Below are positions 13,365-28,716 of a stretch of 64,000 bases of DNA, piece by piece. Under the pieces are notes generated by a model. That model had not been told where the DNA came from. It ran no database searches and was given only the letters and a program-made list of their open reading frames with translations. The DNA lies in assembly GCA_964016885.1 (NCBI GenBank), contig OZ024741.1, forward strand, positions 81,716,001 to 81,780,000, given 5' to 3'. A program made the translations under genes and the position numbers. How positions within the stretch are numbered: position 1 is the first letter of the stretch; every line of letters begins with the position of its first letter. The stretch comes from Eledone cirrhosa. Taxonomy: Eukaryota.

Positions 13365-13469
13365 TATATATTTATATATATATATATACATACATACAGG
13401 CAAACACATGTGTATATGTCTGTTAACCAGCATTTTCTCCGGCGCTTTACTGATTCTGTCAATCCACCA

Positions 13470-13862
13470 TCCGTATTATAACTGTTTCTGATCTAGGCGC
13501 AAACGGAGGTGAAAGTCGTTTAAATTTACTCCAGTACGTCACTGGTATTTAATTTTATCCAACCCGTAATGATGAAAGGCAAAGCTAACCTCGGTGGAAT
13601 TTGAACTCATAACGTAAACGGACGTAACTTTATACAGCACAGCATGGTTTCTGATGCTCCACCGCTCGTATAGTATCAATAATAATTATTAAGATTTCTT
13701 ATTTAAGCAGAAGGCCAGCAATTTGTGAGGAGTTGAATGTCGATTATATCGACTCCAATATTTTAATCTTGCTTTATTTTATCAAGATCGAATGGATCAA
13801 AGAAAAACATTGACCTCAGTGTTACTTGAACTCAGAAATTAAAGTTTTATGTGACGCTCTAA
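13470..13862 (-). mobile_element. Cluster of SINE family A copies (diverged)
   Basis: Repeated GATGAAAGGCAAAG...CCTCGG...GATTTGAACTC and CTGGTA-TTTATT motifs, reverse complement of 16148-16366. Confidence 0.7.
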
Positions 13863-13865
13863 TAA

Positions 13866-15598
13866 CACCGTGTAACATATTTTTTGTTCCCCGGTTCTAA
13901 GTGTCATTTCATGGTTTGTTATATCCCATTATTATAAAAAAAAACACTATTATTTAATCAGAAGTTTGGGTTTGTGGTCAGGAGTTTGATATTTCGAAAT
14001 TTTCATATTTTTCAAGAAAAAACACATTAAAAAAAAATTTATCAGTTCATATAATTAAATCAACAGAGTATATATTTATTTTATTACACAAGCTTATCAA
14101 AAGCAAACAAGTAAAAACAAATAACATTTATAAAGCAACTTATACACATCAGAAATGACTGGATTTCCTGGATTTGCGGTTGTAGTCCAGGTCGCATTCC
14201 CGCACTAGCCCCCAGATATAGTCCCCCGTCATTTTTTCATTGTAGTGACCCTGGTACCTCCGCTCTATCTCTTTCACATATTGCTGGATCGTTCGCCTTG
14301 TTCTTCTGAGTAGGTGCCCATATTGTCCTTGAATTTTTCCAGGTGAGCGTCCAGCATATGGAGTTTAAGCGACATCCTGCATCCCATGGCGCCGAAAGCC
14401 TTTATCAGATACTGCACCAGTTGCTAATAGTTTTCAGCTCTGTAATTGTCCAGGAATCCCTTAACAACTGCCTTGAAACAGTTCCATGCTGTTCTCTCAA
14501 TCCTATTGAGCTTATTGGAGAACTCGGTAGACTCAAACACCTTCTTTATCTGAGGTCCAACAAAAATTCCACCTTTGATTTTGGCCACAGATAACTTGGG
14601 GAATAACTCAAGAAGGTACTTAAAAGCGGCTGATTCTTGGTTGAGAGCCTTCACAAACTGCTTCATCAACCCCAACTTAATGTGCATGGCGGCATGAGCA
14701 CAATCCTGGGATCAACCAATGGCTCCCACACGACGTTCCGGGTCCCAACTAAACATTCTGTTCGCTGCTCCCAGTTCTTTCTTTTGTAGTGGTCAGAGGT
14801 GGCTCTGCTGTCCCAAAGGCAGAAGAAGCAATGGAATTTGATAAAGCCTCCTTGGAATCCAAGCAGGAAAGCCACCATCTTGAAGTCTCCAATGATTTCC
14901 CAATTGTACTGGTTGTATTGCAGAGCTTCCAAGAGGACTTTCACACTGTAGTAATCTTCCTTCAGGCAGACTGAATGAGCTAGGGGCAGTGTCGGGAACT
15001 TGTTTCCATTGTGGAGGAGGACAGCCTTCAAACTTGTAGTGGAGCTGTCTATAAATAGCCGCCACTCCTTGGGCACAAACGGCACCCCAATAACGTTAAA
15101 CAGTCCAGGCACGTCATGGCAGAAGCAGAGGCCATCCCTAAGAGTGTAAAAGCCTGAGAAAGGTTCGTGTCGACTTCTCTGACTTGTCACCTGCAGTTCC
15201 TCCTTGACCAAGTTACACTGCTTCATCATGGAGACGAATGCTTAAAACACAACTTACCCTTTATTTAGGGTGCGAAAATACAGTATCAATAAATCTCTTT
15301 AATCCTCTTTTTAACAATTTTATACTTTATTGCACTTTTATAATTTTCTTTAGGTATTACTCTTTATTTTATCATTTTAATTTAACCTGAAACATATATA
15401 AAAATCATTTAACATAAGCAAATTAAACTTACATACAACGTAAAATCCAGCATACAAATAATTCTAGCTTAGAATGTTTACAAACCCAAACTTTTAACTG
15501 TTTAATAGCACTTTATTTTTATTTATTTGGGACCTAAGCAACACAAAAAAGTGATTACAAGCCAGGATCAGAGAAAAAAAAATTTTTGTTACACGGTG
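13866..15598 (-). mobile_element. Chapaev3-like (CMC superfamily) DNA transposon, internally deleted, 1733 bp
   Basis: TIRs CACCGTGTAACA / TGTTACACGGTG. 3-bp TAA flanks both ends (13863-13865 and 15599-15601). Confidence 0.8.
14150..15229 (-). pseudogene. Chapaev-type transposase C-terminal half, frameshifted
   Basis: WRLFIDSSTTSLKAVLLHNGN, GDFKMV, CFFCLWDSRA, HIKLGLMKQFVKAL in ORFs 14666-15229 and 14424-14687. Confidence 0.85.
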
Positions 15599-15601
15599 TA
15601 A

Positions 15602-16114
15602 ATGTTTCTTCTTTTGGCACAAAACCAGCAATTATCCCAGTGTATTACTGGTGCTTTATTTTATCGACCCCGTAACGATGGAAGGCAGCAATTTTAGGAG
15701 AGGAGAAATCTGATTATAAAGCTCTCACTCAGTACTTGACTGGTACTTTGTTTTATTGATCCTGGAGGGATGAAATAAAAAAAATAATCGGGGAAGGATT
15801 TGAACACGGAACATAAAGAACCGTAAAAAATACTTCAAAGCATAGCTTTCTACGTTCTATCGACTCAACTCGTCCACAGCCCGTACAATGATAATAATGG
15901 TTTCAGGTTTACGCACAAGGATAACAATTTTGAGGGAGGGAAAAGTCTATTAAATCGACCCTAGTACATTACTGGTGTTTTATTTTATTGAACCCGTAAG
16001 GCTGAAAGGCAAAGTTAACCTCGGCGGGATTTGAAATCAGAACGTAAAGGGACGTAACTCGATGCTGAAAAGCATGGTGTCCGACGCTCTACCGATCTTG
16101 ATAATCCACCACCC
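15602..16114 (-). mobile_element. Tandem SINE family A copies (most complete at about 15892-16114)
   Basis: Reverse complement of 16148-16366. Confidence 0.8.
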
Positions 16115-16147
16115 TTACAATGAGAATAATAATTGTTATTACAACAA

Positions 16148-16366
16148 GGGCGGTGGATTAGCAGTATCGGTAGAGAGTCGGACACCATGCTTTGCAGCAT
16201 AGAGTTACGGCCATTTATTATCCTAAATCCCAACGAGGTTAACTTTGCCTTTCATCCTTACGGGGTCGATAAAATAAAGTATTAGTCACGCACTGGGGTC
16301 GATATAATCGACTTCCCCCTCCCCCAAAATTGCTGGCCTTGTGCCTATATAATAAACCATTATTAC
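16148..16366 (+). mobile_element. tRNA-derived SINE family A (central CCTTTCATCCTTACGGGGTCGATAAAATAAAGTA domain)
   Basis: Homologous copies at 23331-23534 (-), 51668-51788 (+), 57460-57660 (+) and 59155-59325 (+). Ends GGCCTTGTGCC...AAACCATTATTA. Confidence 0.85.
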
Positions 16367-17706
16367 AACAACACAAAAAAAAAAATGAACATCAACAATA
16401 TCCTAAACGAAATGTAAGACAAAACGGTTGAATCACATTCAAAGATATAAAAGCAAGGTGATTTGAACTCAATGAAACAGATGAAATACTTCGAACCATA
16501 GCATTACTTTCAACATTTTAACGGCTCTACCAATTCTTTGCCATTACAAAACCAAACATAAAAACAACAAAATGAAAAAAAAACACACAAAAAATTACGA
16601 TAATCGTAATAATAACAGAAAGATTTCCAAAAATTCTAGAATGAAGAAAAAACAACAACCCCAAAAAACAACAACATGTAAATGTGTGTTGTAATAATTA
16701 AATGAAGCTTCAGAAACAGATATGGGTGGTATGTTTACTAATCAGTGAATTATATCAGATATTGGGGATGCTGGGATGCTAGAAAATAAATGTTTTCTTC
16801 TATGTAAGAATTCAATTATATAATGTACGAAATCCTGTCTTTTTTTTGTCAATTCATTTAACTGTTTTGTTTTAGTTATTTTTTTTATTAATTGTATTCG
16901 TTATAACAAAAACAACAACGACAACAATAATAATAATAATTTTTATTATTATTATTCCTTATCGTTATTACTATTGTTAATATTATTGCTAATACCATTA
17001 TCACTACCATTGTTATTATTAACATTACTATTATATCATTACTATTTTCTTCTTATTATTAATATAATTATTTTCAATATCATTGGAATCCTATTGTTGT
17101 TGCTGTTAAAATTATTAACATCAATATTATTATTATCATTATTATATGATTTGTTGTGCTGGCTCTGTGAATTTGTGTGTGTATGTGTGCTTGATTTGTG
17201 TGTGTATGTGTGCTCGATTTTTATGTATTTATGTTTGTGTGTGCTTGTGTGTGTATGTGTGTGTGTATATATATATGTGTGCATGTATGTGTATCTTTTC
17301 ATATCTTTGCATGCATTCTCAAGAGATAAGAGTTAGAAAAAGTATCTATAACTATATTATAACTAACACATGCAATAATTTGTAAAATGTTACCAAGGAA
17401 AAATGTTTAAAAAGAATTCAGTTTTCGAAGCTGTTTAAATAATAACAAATCATGACAAATAATAAATTAATAAAAACATAAAGAAAGCAAAAAAGCTGCT
17501 TTCAATCCACTCTTCTAATAAACACATATACGGAGGCACACACTCGCACACGCAATATTAAAAATACATAACTTCACATAGGAGATATACACATACACTT
17601 ACATTTCTCTCTCTCGCGCTATATATATATTTCAAAAAGCAAACCTCAAAAACAAACATATATATATATATATGTATATATATATGTATATATGTATATA
17701 TATATG

Positions 17707-17743
<37 letters not shown>

Positions 17744-17915
17744 GTATATATGTATATATATATGTATATATATATATATATGTATATATGTATATATATA
17801 TAAGTTGAAAAAAATGAAAACGAAATTTAATTTCTCACTCTTAGTATGGCACTTACTTAAATGTAAGTATGTATGTATACGTACATACATATATGTATAC
17901 AGACGTACAGTAGCA

Positions 17916-17960
<45 letters not shown>

Positions 17961-17971
<11 letters not shown>

Positions 17972-18267
17972 CATATACATATATACATACAGGTACACAT
18001 ACATATATGCACGCATCAGTTTAGCGGACGCTTATTATAACGCCGCTTTGTTCGTTTGTCAACAAACTGAACAGCCTGAATTTATGCCATACGGTGTTAA
18101 GGCAACCACGTCACCTTTTTGTTCAACACTGACACAGGAACGATGTACTAGTTTCAAGCTTGTATATATATATATATATATATATACATACATATACATA
18201 TATACATACAGGTACACATACATATATGCACGCATCAGTTTAGCGGACGCTTATTATAACGCCGCTT
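17961..18267 (+). mobile_element. 219-bp-period partial tandem unit with a decayed hammerhead motif, in (TA)n
   Basis: About 90 bp direct repeat (AGGTACAC at 17991 and 18210). The interior has CTGAACA-GCCT...AGGC-AACCACGTC. Confidence 0.55.
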
Positions 18268-18319
18268 GTATATATATATATATGTATATATGTATATATA
18301 TATAAAAATGTATATATAT

Positions 18320-20645
<2,326 letters not shown>

Positions 20646-20654
20646 GTATATATG

Positions 20655-20753
<99 letters not shown>

Positions 20754-20979
20754 ATATTTTTAGTTTCTGAATTTGTTTAGCAAGATTCTTTATCTGAAAA
20801 CGTGTGTTGATACCGATATTGTTATACTTTGGGAGGGTCATGTTGCCAATAAGAAACACACGCACCAGTTGCGTTGTTGCATTCACTTCAATTTATTATA
20901 AATTAAATTTATAAATTTAGGAATTTATAAATTTCCGGTTGCGTGGTTGGTTCCACAACCAGATGATTGTTCATATATT

Positions 20980-21022
20980 GTCAAAGTTCTTTCGTCAGAC
21001 ATTCTGTGACCTCTTCAGTAAC
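20980..21022 (-). ncRNA. Minimal type I hammerhead ribozyme motif (Penelope-like terminal relic, about 20760-21330)
   Basis: GTTA-CTGAAGA-G-GTCA(9 nt)TGAC-GAAA-GAAC-TT-TGAC. Stem I is GTTA/TGAC. Confidence 0.65.
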
Positions 21023-21325
21023 TGGGGATTATTTTCTTTGTTTTTGTGCCTCTCCTTTGTTCTGTCTTACGCCATCTTGTTTTTGTGTGTGTTGTGTGCT
21101 TAGTTTGCGCATGTTTTACATCCGGGTGTCTGTGTGTGTTTATATTAGTTTATTTATTTGTTTATTTACATGTTACTGGTTGGTTGTTTGTTCTATGTGT
21201 GTGTGTGTTTTCATTTTGTCCGTAATTGAAAGTTGTGATGTTGCTGTTCCATTCATGTTTTCTATTTAAATATGGTTGGAGTTCATTTATGTTTATTGCC
21301 TCTGTGAGGCAATGTTAACATTTTG

Positions 21326-21366
<41 letters not shown>

Positions 21367-21459
21367 ACATTTATATATATATATATTTACACATAACATT
21401 TATATATATATATATATACACATATCATTTATATATATATATATATATATATAAATGAA

Positions 21460-21541
<82 letters not shown>

Positions 21542-21777
21542 CATTTATATATATATATATATATAAATGATATGTGTATATATATATACTTGTATGTATT
21601 TGTGTATGAATATACGTGACAATATGATATTGTGAAATGTGTGGCAAACAATGTAATTAACCTAGGTTAGTTAATAAGATATTAAGTATCTTAAATCATA
21701 TATATACGAGTATATATATGGATGGATGGATGTATATAGACGTTATATTTATACATACATATCTCTCTCTCTCTCTT

Positions 21778-21851
<74 letters not shown>

Positions 21852-23212
21852 CTCCCATACACAAACACACACATGTATAACTATGTAAATGCGCATGCGT
21901 GAGTATGTGAAAACTTGGTTAATTACATTTTGGGCGCCACGCTTATTTCACATCACATCTTATCAACCTACCTCTTTTTTTTCCACGCGTTTTTACGTCA
22001 TCCATTATAGATGGCGAGAAAATATACATATTGCACTATATATTGTTGTGTGCTACACAATACAATACACAGTACACAGTTCACAGTGTACACTCTTTCA
22101 ATGTGTGACAAAAGCAAATGGCGTATTGCATGAAACTTAACTTGATGGAAAGATTATCAAATTGAATGTTATATGCGCCATTTTAGATTTTCGTTTTCAT
22201 CATTTGTGTGATAAAAGGTAAACAAAGTTGCGATATTGACTCTAATGTAATAAATCCGTTAATACATTAAAAATATTTCAAAAGCCCGTTCTACAGAATT
22301 TTTAAAAACGATAAATCTCATATCCAGATAAATTCACGAATAGATTTTACTTAATAAATTCATTTGCCTATTATGCATATACATACATACACACACACAT
22401 ACACACACATACACGCACACACACATATATATATATATATATGCATATTCATATGTGTGTGTATGACCATATGTGTGTGTGTATTTATATATATTTATAG
22501 AAAATGAGCGTATAATGTTTGTGTATTGCGCTTACACAAACATCACTCTTTGTCTATTTATATATGCACATACACATATCCATCTATCTATCTATATATC
22601 CATCTATTTATTAATCACTCTCTGATACACCCCCCCCCCCACTCTCTCTCTCATATATATATATTCAGTTCTTTGTAAATCTTATCAAAAGACTGAAACT
22701 GAAATTTCAATATCAGCTGAAAACAAAATGAATAAATGTATCTAATATTATTTTCTCGTTTTGGATCAACTGCTAAATGAGACTGTAGTATTGTTTCTGC
22801 TTTTAGGTGATAAACGAACTGATATTCTAGTAAATTATGATTGTGTTTGTGTTAAGTATTAGAGTTTGTGCCTCCTAGCGTTTAAAAAAACATTCGTATA
22901 TCTGTGCGTGTGTTTTATTACACTGTAATACTAAGGTTTATGAACTCACGCTACGTAAATGTTCAACGCTAGAGCAGATATGCCTAAGCGGAAGTTTTAT
23001 ATATAAAAATACAAGATAATCCATGTTATATGAGAACTATTTTGTGTAGGAGGCAGATTTGGGAAATAAGGAGAGAAGTGGTTTCATCCTTACTTTTTCT
23101 CCGTATCAAAGGAGTTATCTTTATGGTTGAGGACTTAAAATCGAATGTATATTTATATGATCTTTTGTGAATAACCTTGTTATATAGCGTGTATATTAGT
23201 TTTCGGATACAT

Positions 23213-23534
<322 letters not shown>

Positions 23535-23535
23535 T

Positions 23536-23583
<48 letters not shown>

Positions 23584-23819
23584 ACAGCAAACACAACGCC
23601 GACGACAACTAAAACAAGAACACCACCACCAACAATAATAATAATGTTTTAAATTGAAATATATTTAACTGTTCCTCATACAAACTTTATCACTCTTGAG
23701 TGGAGCAAGTTATATATTTAGTTGCCAGAAATTTGTTCGTTTCATTTATCTCATAACATAACATAGATACTGATTGCTAACATCCAATTAAAATTTATGT
23801 GTCATATAAGATAATTTTT

Positions 23820-24131
23820 AGTCGGTTCCGATGACGAGTGTTCAAAGGAACCACTGAATAGTTGTTCGTGAAATTTATATGCAAGTGGCTGAGCAGCAAC
23901 TCATATGTACGCGTATTCTTCACGTAGTTCTCAGGGAGATCCAGCATGACTCAGTATCTGTGACAAAGGTTCCCCTTTGAATCACGGGTACAACTCATTT
24001 TTGTCAGCTAAATGGGCTGTAGCAAAGAAACTAAAGTGCTTTGATCAAGGATGCAATACGTCGACGGTAATCGAACTCAGAACCTTACCATCCTGAACTG
24101 AACACCTTAACCACTAAGCCTTATACCTTCA
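23820..24131 (-). mobile_element. SINE family B
   Basis: Collinear with 1850-2160. Confidence 0.75.
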
Positions 24132-24461
24132 CTGTTCTTGATATGCTACATCTGAAAAACGAAATACGGAAGTTATGACTAAAACACATTTGATGGTTTG
24201 TTTGCTGAATGAGAGATGAGCTTCGGTTAAACAATAAGATCAACAACATGTATAGTTCTCTCTCTCGCTACACTCTCTCACTCATTCTCTCTATCCCAAC
24301 TATCCTTTCTCAATGTTTCTCCAAAATTAATTATATAAATTGGGTAATAGTAAAATACCAATTAATTATTTGCATAACATTCTTATCTTGATATATTTCC
24401 ACACGAAAGAACAGAAAAACTTGATGATGATGATGATGATAATAACAATAACAACAACAAC

Positions 24462-24518
<57 letters not shown>

Positions 24519-24947
24519 AATAATATCTAGAGATAACTATTATTCATTTTGTGTCAAGATACATTTTAGGTCAAGTCAATACGGATTTAAGCTGACTTAA
24601 TGGAATACACATTAATCTTAAAACTGATTGGTCATTTCTTCTGTCTGTCGCTAAGTAGGTTTACTTGAACCTAATTGGTTTTATATGTGGCCAATGTAAG
24701 CTGTCATACTGATGGCAATAACATTCAATTGCCTCGAAATCATATAAAAACATCAAATTTATATCTAATAAAACCGCATTAGGACGTTTAATATCTACTG
24801 ATATATTATCGTCTGTAAATATCATCTAATATCAAAGAACTTTCTAATAACATCAAACAAGTAGAACAGTACATAATGACGACGACAATGATGATCATAA
24901 TGAGGATGATGATGATGATGGCGACAATAATAACAACCACAAACAGC

Positions 24948-24985
<38 letters not shown>

Positions 24986-25259
24986 TTTCATTTATTGGCC
25001 ACAAGGGCCGACATGTAGGGGACAATACAAAGACAGGGACAGTGGGGGTTTACAATAAGGTCGAGTAAAAGAGCACAATGGCAAGACTAATTTAACAATG
25101 AAAATATAAAATATAAAATAAACTATGCAAAACATAACAAAATAAATTCCCCGATAGGGGGTGGACGACCCTGGGGTGATTCGGGTACCCCACCAATCCT
25201 GAACCACCCTGCGCTTCTAGGGCACCCAGGAGAGCACCCCTCTCCTCAAGTTAGCTAGC

Positions 25260-28200
25260 CTATAGGCGCATGGTCAGAGTAGGCCCATTCACACGAGCCA
25301 TTCTTGCCACATTCACCCACCTTTTAGCAAATGTACTGGGGGGAAGCACTTCTCTCTCCACCCTCACCCTCCTTTCCAGGTGAAACTTGAAGAAGTTGAT
25401 GAGGGATTGGCCGAAGAGAAAAGTGTCTGTCTTTAGTCCTTTCAACCTGGTCCACCATATAATCTCTTTCGCAACTGCCACCAGACAGAGGAAAATGTCA
25501 TGCTCTTCCTGACCTAAGGAAGGTGGCGGCTCGATCTTCACTATGGACTCGGCCGATAACTGGATTCGTTCCACACGCGACAGTAGCTGTTCGACATAAC
25601 TCCACAAGTCAGTAATGCACGGACATTGGACAAGTGCGTGCAGAACGGTTTCGTCGTTCTGTGCGCATCTTGGGCAGGTCCGTCTGACAGCACTTCCGTG
25701 CCTGTAGAGATTATCCCGAACCGGCAGTGCCCGCCGGTAGCACTGCCAAGCGAGGGATTTCTGGAAATTGTCCATCGTCCCCGGCTCAAAAGTCCTCCGG
25801 TACAGACTGGTCAGTTCGACTTCGTCGAGGCCCAAAGCTTCTCCGAGTGCGTCATCGCACTTGCCCACCACTAATCCTCTATAAAACTCGAGAGTGGAAG
25901 TTCCACTGATCGCATTGCCCGCTTGGTAGAGGGCAGTGAGTGCCTGGAAACATTCCAGGTGCCAGTCACCCAGTCTCGGTCTCTTCTTGACCCAGGACTG
26001 CAGCTCAGTCAAAGAAATGAGCTGCGGAAAGGCCTGTCTGATAAACGGCGACCACACCTGTTCACCATTGAGGCAGAATATCTGGAGATGTCGCAGCCTC
26101 AACGCATGTCTGCGCATCATTAGCCACGGCATGCCCAGTCCTCCGTGTAGAGGGTGCTGGCAGCAGATGGACCGCCTCACCAACGGAACTTGTCCCCTCC
26201 ACAAGAATTTGAAGAGGAGCCGTTCCAACTTGACGAGGCGCGGACGGGGGCAAGGCACAACGGTTAGGCGGTAATAGATGACGGACGCGATGTACGCATT
26301 CGCCACCTCCGCGCGACCTTTCAGTGATAGCTTCCTCCCGGCCCATTTTTGGGTGAGACTGGCTACTCTGCTCGTTACCTCGTCCCAATTCTTTTCCACC
26401 TGGAGGTCTGGTCCGAACCAAACCCCGAGCAACTTTACTGGTCCGTCCGTCCAGCGCCCCACGACGCTGTTGGACGGCATGGGCTTGCCTCTCCAGGTTC
26501 CGAGCTGCAAGCCCACCGACTTTTCCGGGTTAAGTTTGGCTCCTGTCAACCTTTCATATTCCTTCAATAAGGTGCCGACCACCTCGATTTCTGAGGTGTT
26601 CGACACCATCACGGTGATGTCGTCCGCATAAGCCGACACCGCCTTTCCACGTTCCGGCTCGAGCGGGATGCCCTGCAACAGCTCCAGCTTCCGCAGTAAA
26701 GGCTCGAGAGTCAATACGTACAGAAGGGAAGAGAGAGGGCACCCTTGACGGACCGATCGGGAGAGCCGAAATGGTTCCGAGAGGTGGCCATTAACTTTGA
26801 CCACCGAGCGTGTGCCGCTGTGCATTGCAACGATACAGCTTCTAAAGACAGGGCCGAAGCCAGCTGCTTTGAGGACAAACTCCAGATACCGATGGTCGAC
26901 CCTATCGAATGCTTTCGATTGATCTAAATTGATCAGTGCCCCACCGAAGCCAGGTTTACACCCTACCCTCTCTATGATGTATCGCACGAGGTGGAGATTG
27001 TCGTGTATGGACCTGGCTGGGATTGCGCAAGTTTGCGCCTCCCCAACCAAATCCTCGACGACAAGCGCCAATCTCTTTGCTAACACCTTGGCCAAAATCT
27101 TAAACTCTGTGTTGAGCAGAGTTATGGGCCTGAAGTTGTCTAGTGTATCCCTCTTGTTCTCGTCTTTCCTTATCCGCGTCACCACTCCCCTGCTCACAGA
27201 ACTGGGAATACTCCCATTCTGCTGCCAGTTACAGTAGAGTGCTTCAAGGAGTTCGGAGAACAAGTCTGGCATATTTACGTAAAGCTCGTAGGGCAGGCCA
27301 TCCAAGCCTGGTGACTTGCGCCTCATGCAGCTGACAAGGGCGTCCTGAATTTCAGCTGAAGTAATCGGCCTTTCGCAGCGCTCAGCGTCGACCGTCGAGA
27401 TGCGCGGCAAGCCGTCAAGGTAGGGACTGAAATCCGCTACTCTCTCTGACCCGCCACTCTCCCCGAACTATCGAGCAAAGTGCTGGCGAAAGGCCTCACA
27501 CATCCGCTTGGAATCGCTTATCTCGTGTCCGTCTCAGTCCGCCAAAGACCGAATTGTGGTTTTATTACCATGCTGCGCCTCCGCCACGCGGGCCCATCGA
27601 ACAGCTTTAGTTCCCTCGTTTCTCAGCGCACGCGCCTTAGCTCTGACAATGCAACCTTCGTGTTTGCATTGAAGAAATGGTCTAATGCCATTCTCGCCGC
27701 TAGCACGTCAGTTGCGATGCCACTACAAATAGCCTCGTCTAACTTATCTACCAGCTCCCCCTCCTTTCTATTTTTCTCTAACGCTAGTTCTTTGCTGAAC
27801 TCTATCGAAGTTACTCTAATCTCTCTTTTGAGAGCCCCCCCACCATCTGTTGTTGATGATCCCCCCTGTCAACTTTTGCTTAACTAACTTATTGACTCGG
27901 TCCCTGTAAGCCTTACGTGCCGGAAATGACATGTTCAGCTTCCAGTAACCAGGTCCTAACCTACGCGTTTTATTTAGGTCGACCGTACAGATCACAAATT
28001 TGTGATCTGAATAGGCGACCGTTTTAAAAAGTGGACAGCCCACACTATTTCTATCTATTTTCCTAATGAAGATTCTGTCTATATACGATCTAGATGACCC
28101 CATTCGGTTGGTCCATGTCCATACTGGCACATTGGGAAATCTAGTCGATACCTGTCAGACAGTTGGAACTGGCTGAGTAGGTGCTTGAGGCTTTTGCACC

Positions 28201-28681
28201 CCCCGCTCCTATCGGCTACTCCCACACAATCCCAGCGTGCGTCTAAGATGCCATTCCAGTCCCCCGCTAACAGTAAAGGGCGAGACGTACCCAGTAAGGT
28301 CTCCAGGCGCCTAAAGAAGTCAGGTCATCCGGCCCCTGTAGGGGCGTAGACGGCCAGCAGTCTAAATGCACCACCTTCGCTACTGCTCACATCCAAGACC
28401 ACACACTTACCGTCCGGGTCCCGGAAGATCGACCTTACCTCGAGATCCAGTCCTTTCCTAAACAGCACTGCCACCCCACCCCCCATTCCCGGCCTGCTAA
28501 CAGATGCGAAGATCTGATAGTCGTCGAAAATGGCGGCTAGTGCACGCGTGTCGGAAATTCTGGTCTCGCTTACGGCAATCACATCCATTTCCAGCGACCG
28601 GAGGTCGTTGAGCAGGCGACCCTGCTTCCAGGGTGACCCCAGGCCGCGAACATTTAAACTTCCTACTCTTAATATGGCCAT
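25260..28681 (-). pseudogene. Tx1-A ORF2: APE endonuclease, RT and C-terminal zinc finger (frameshifted in the 5' third)
   Basis: SLNVRGL...DVIAVSETR, SDHK, PGYWKLN, KSPGLDGLPYE, LDQSKAFDRV, RQGCPLS, AYADD, CPRCAQNDETVLHALVQC. Confidence 0.93.
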
Positions 28682-28716
28682 ATTGGTAAGCTAAGAGAGA
28701 GAGAGGGAAGGTTTAC

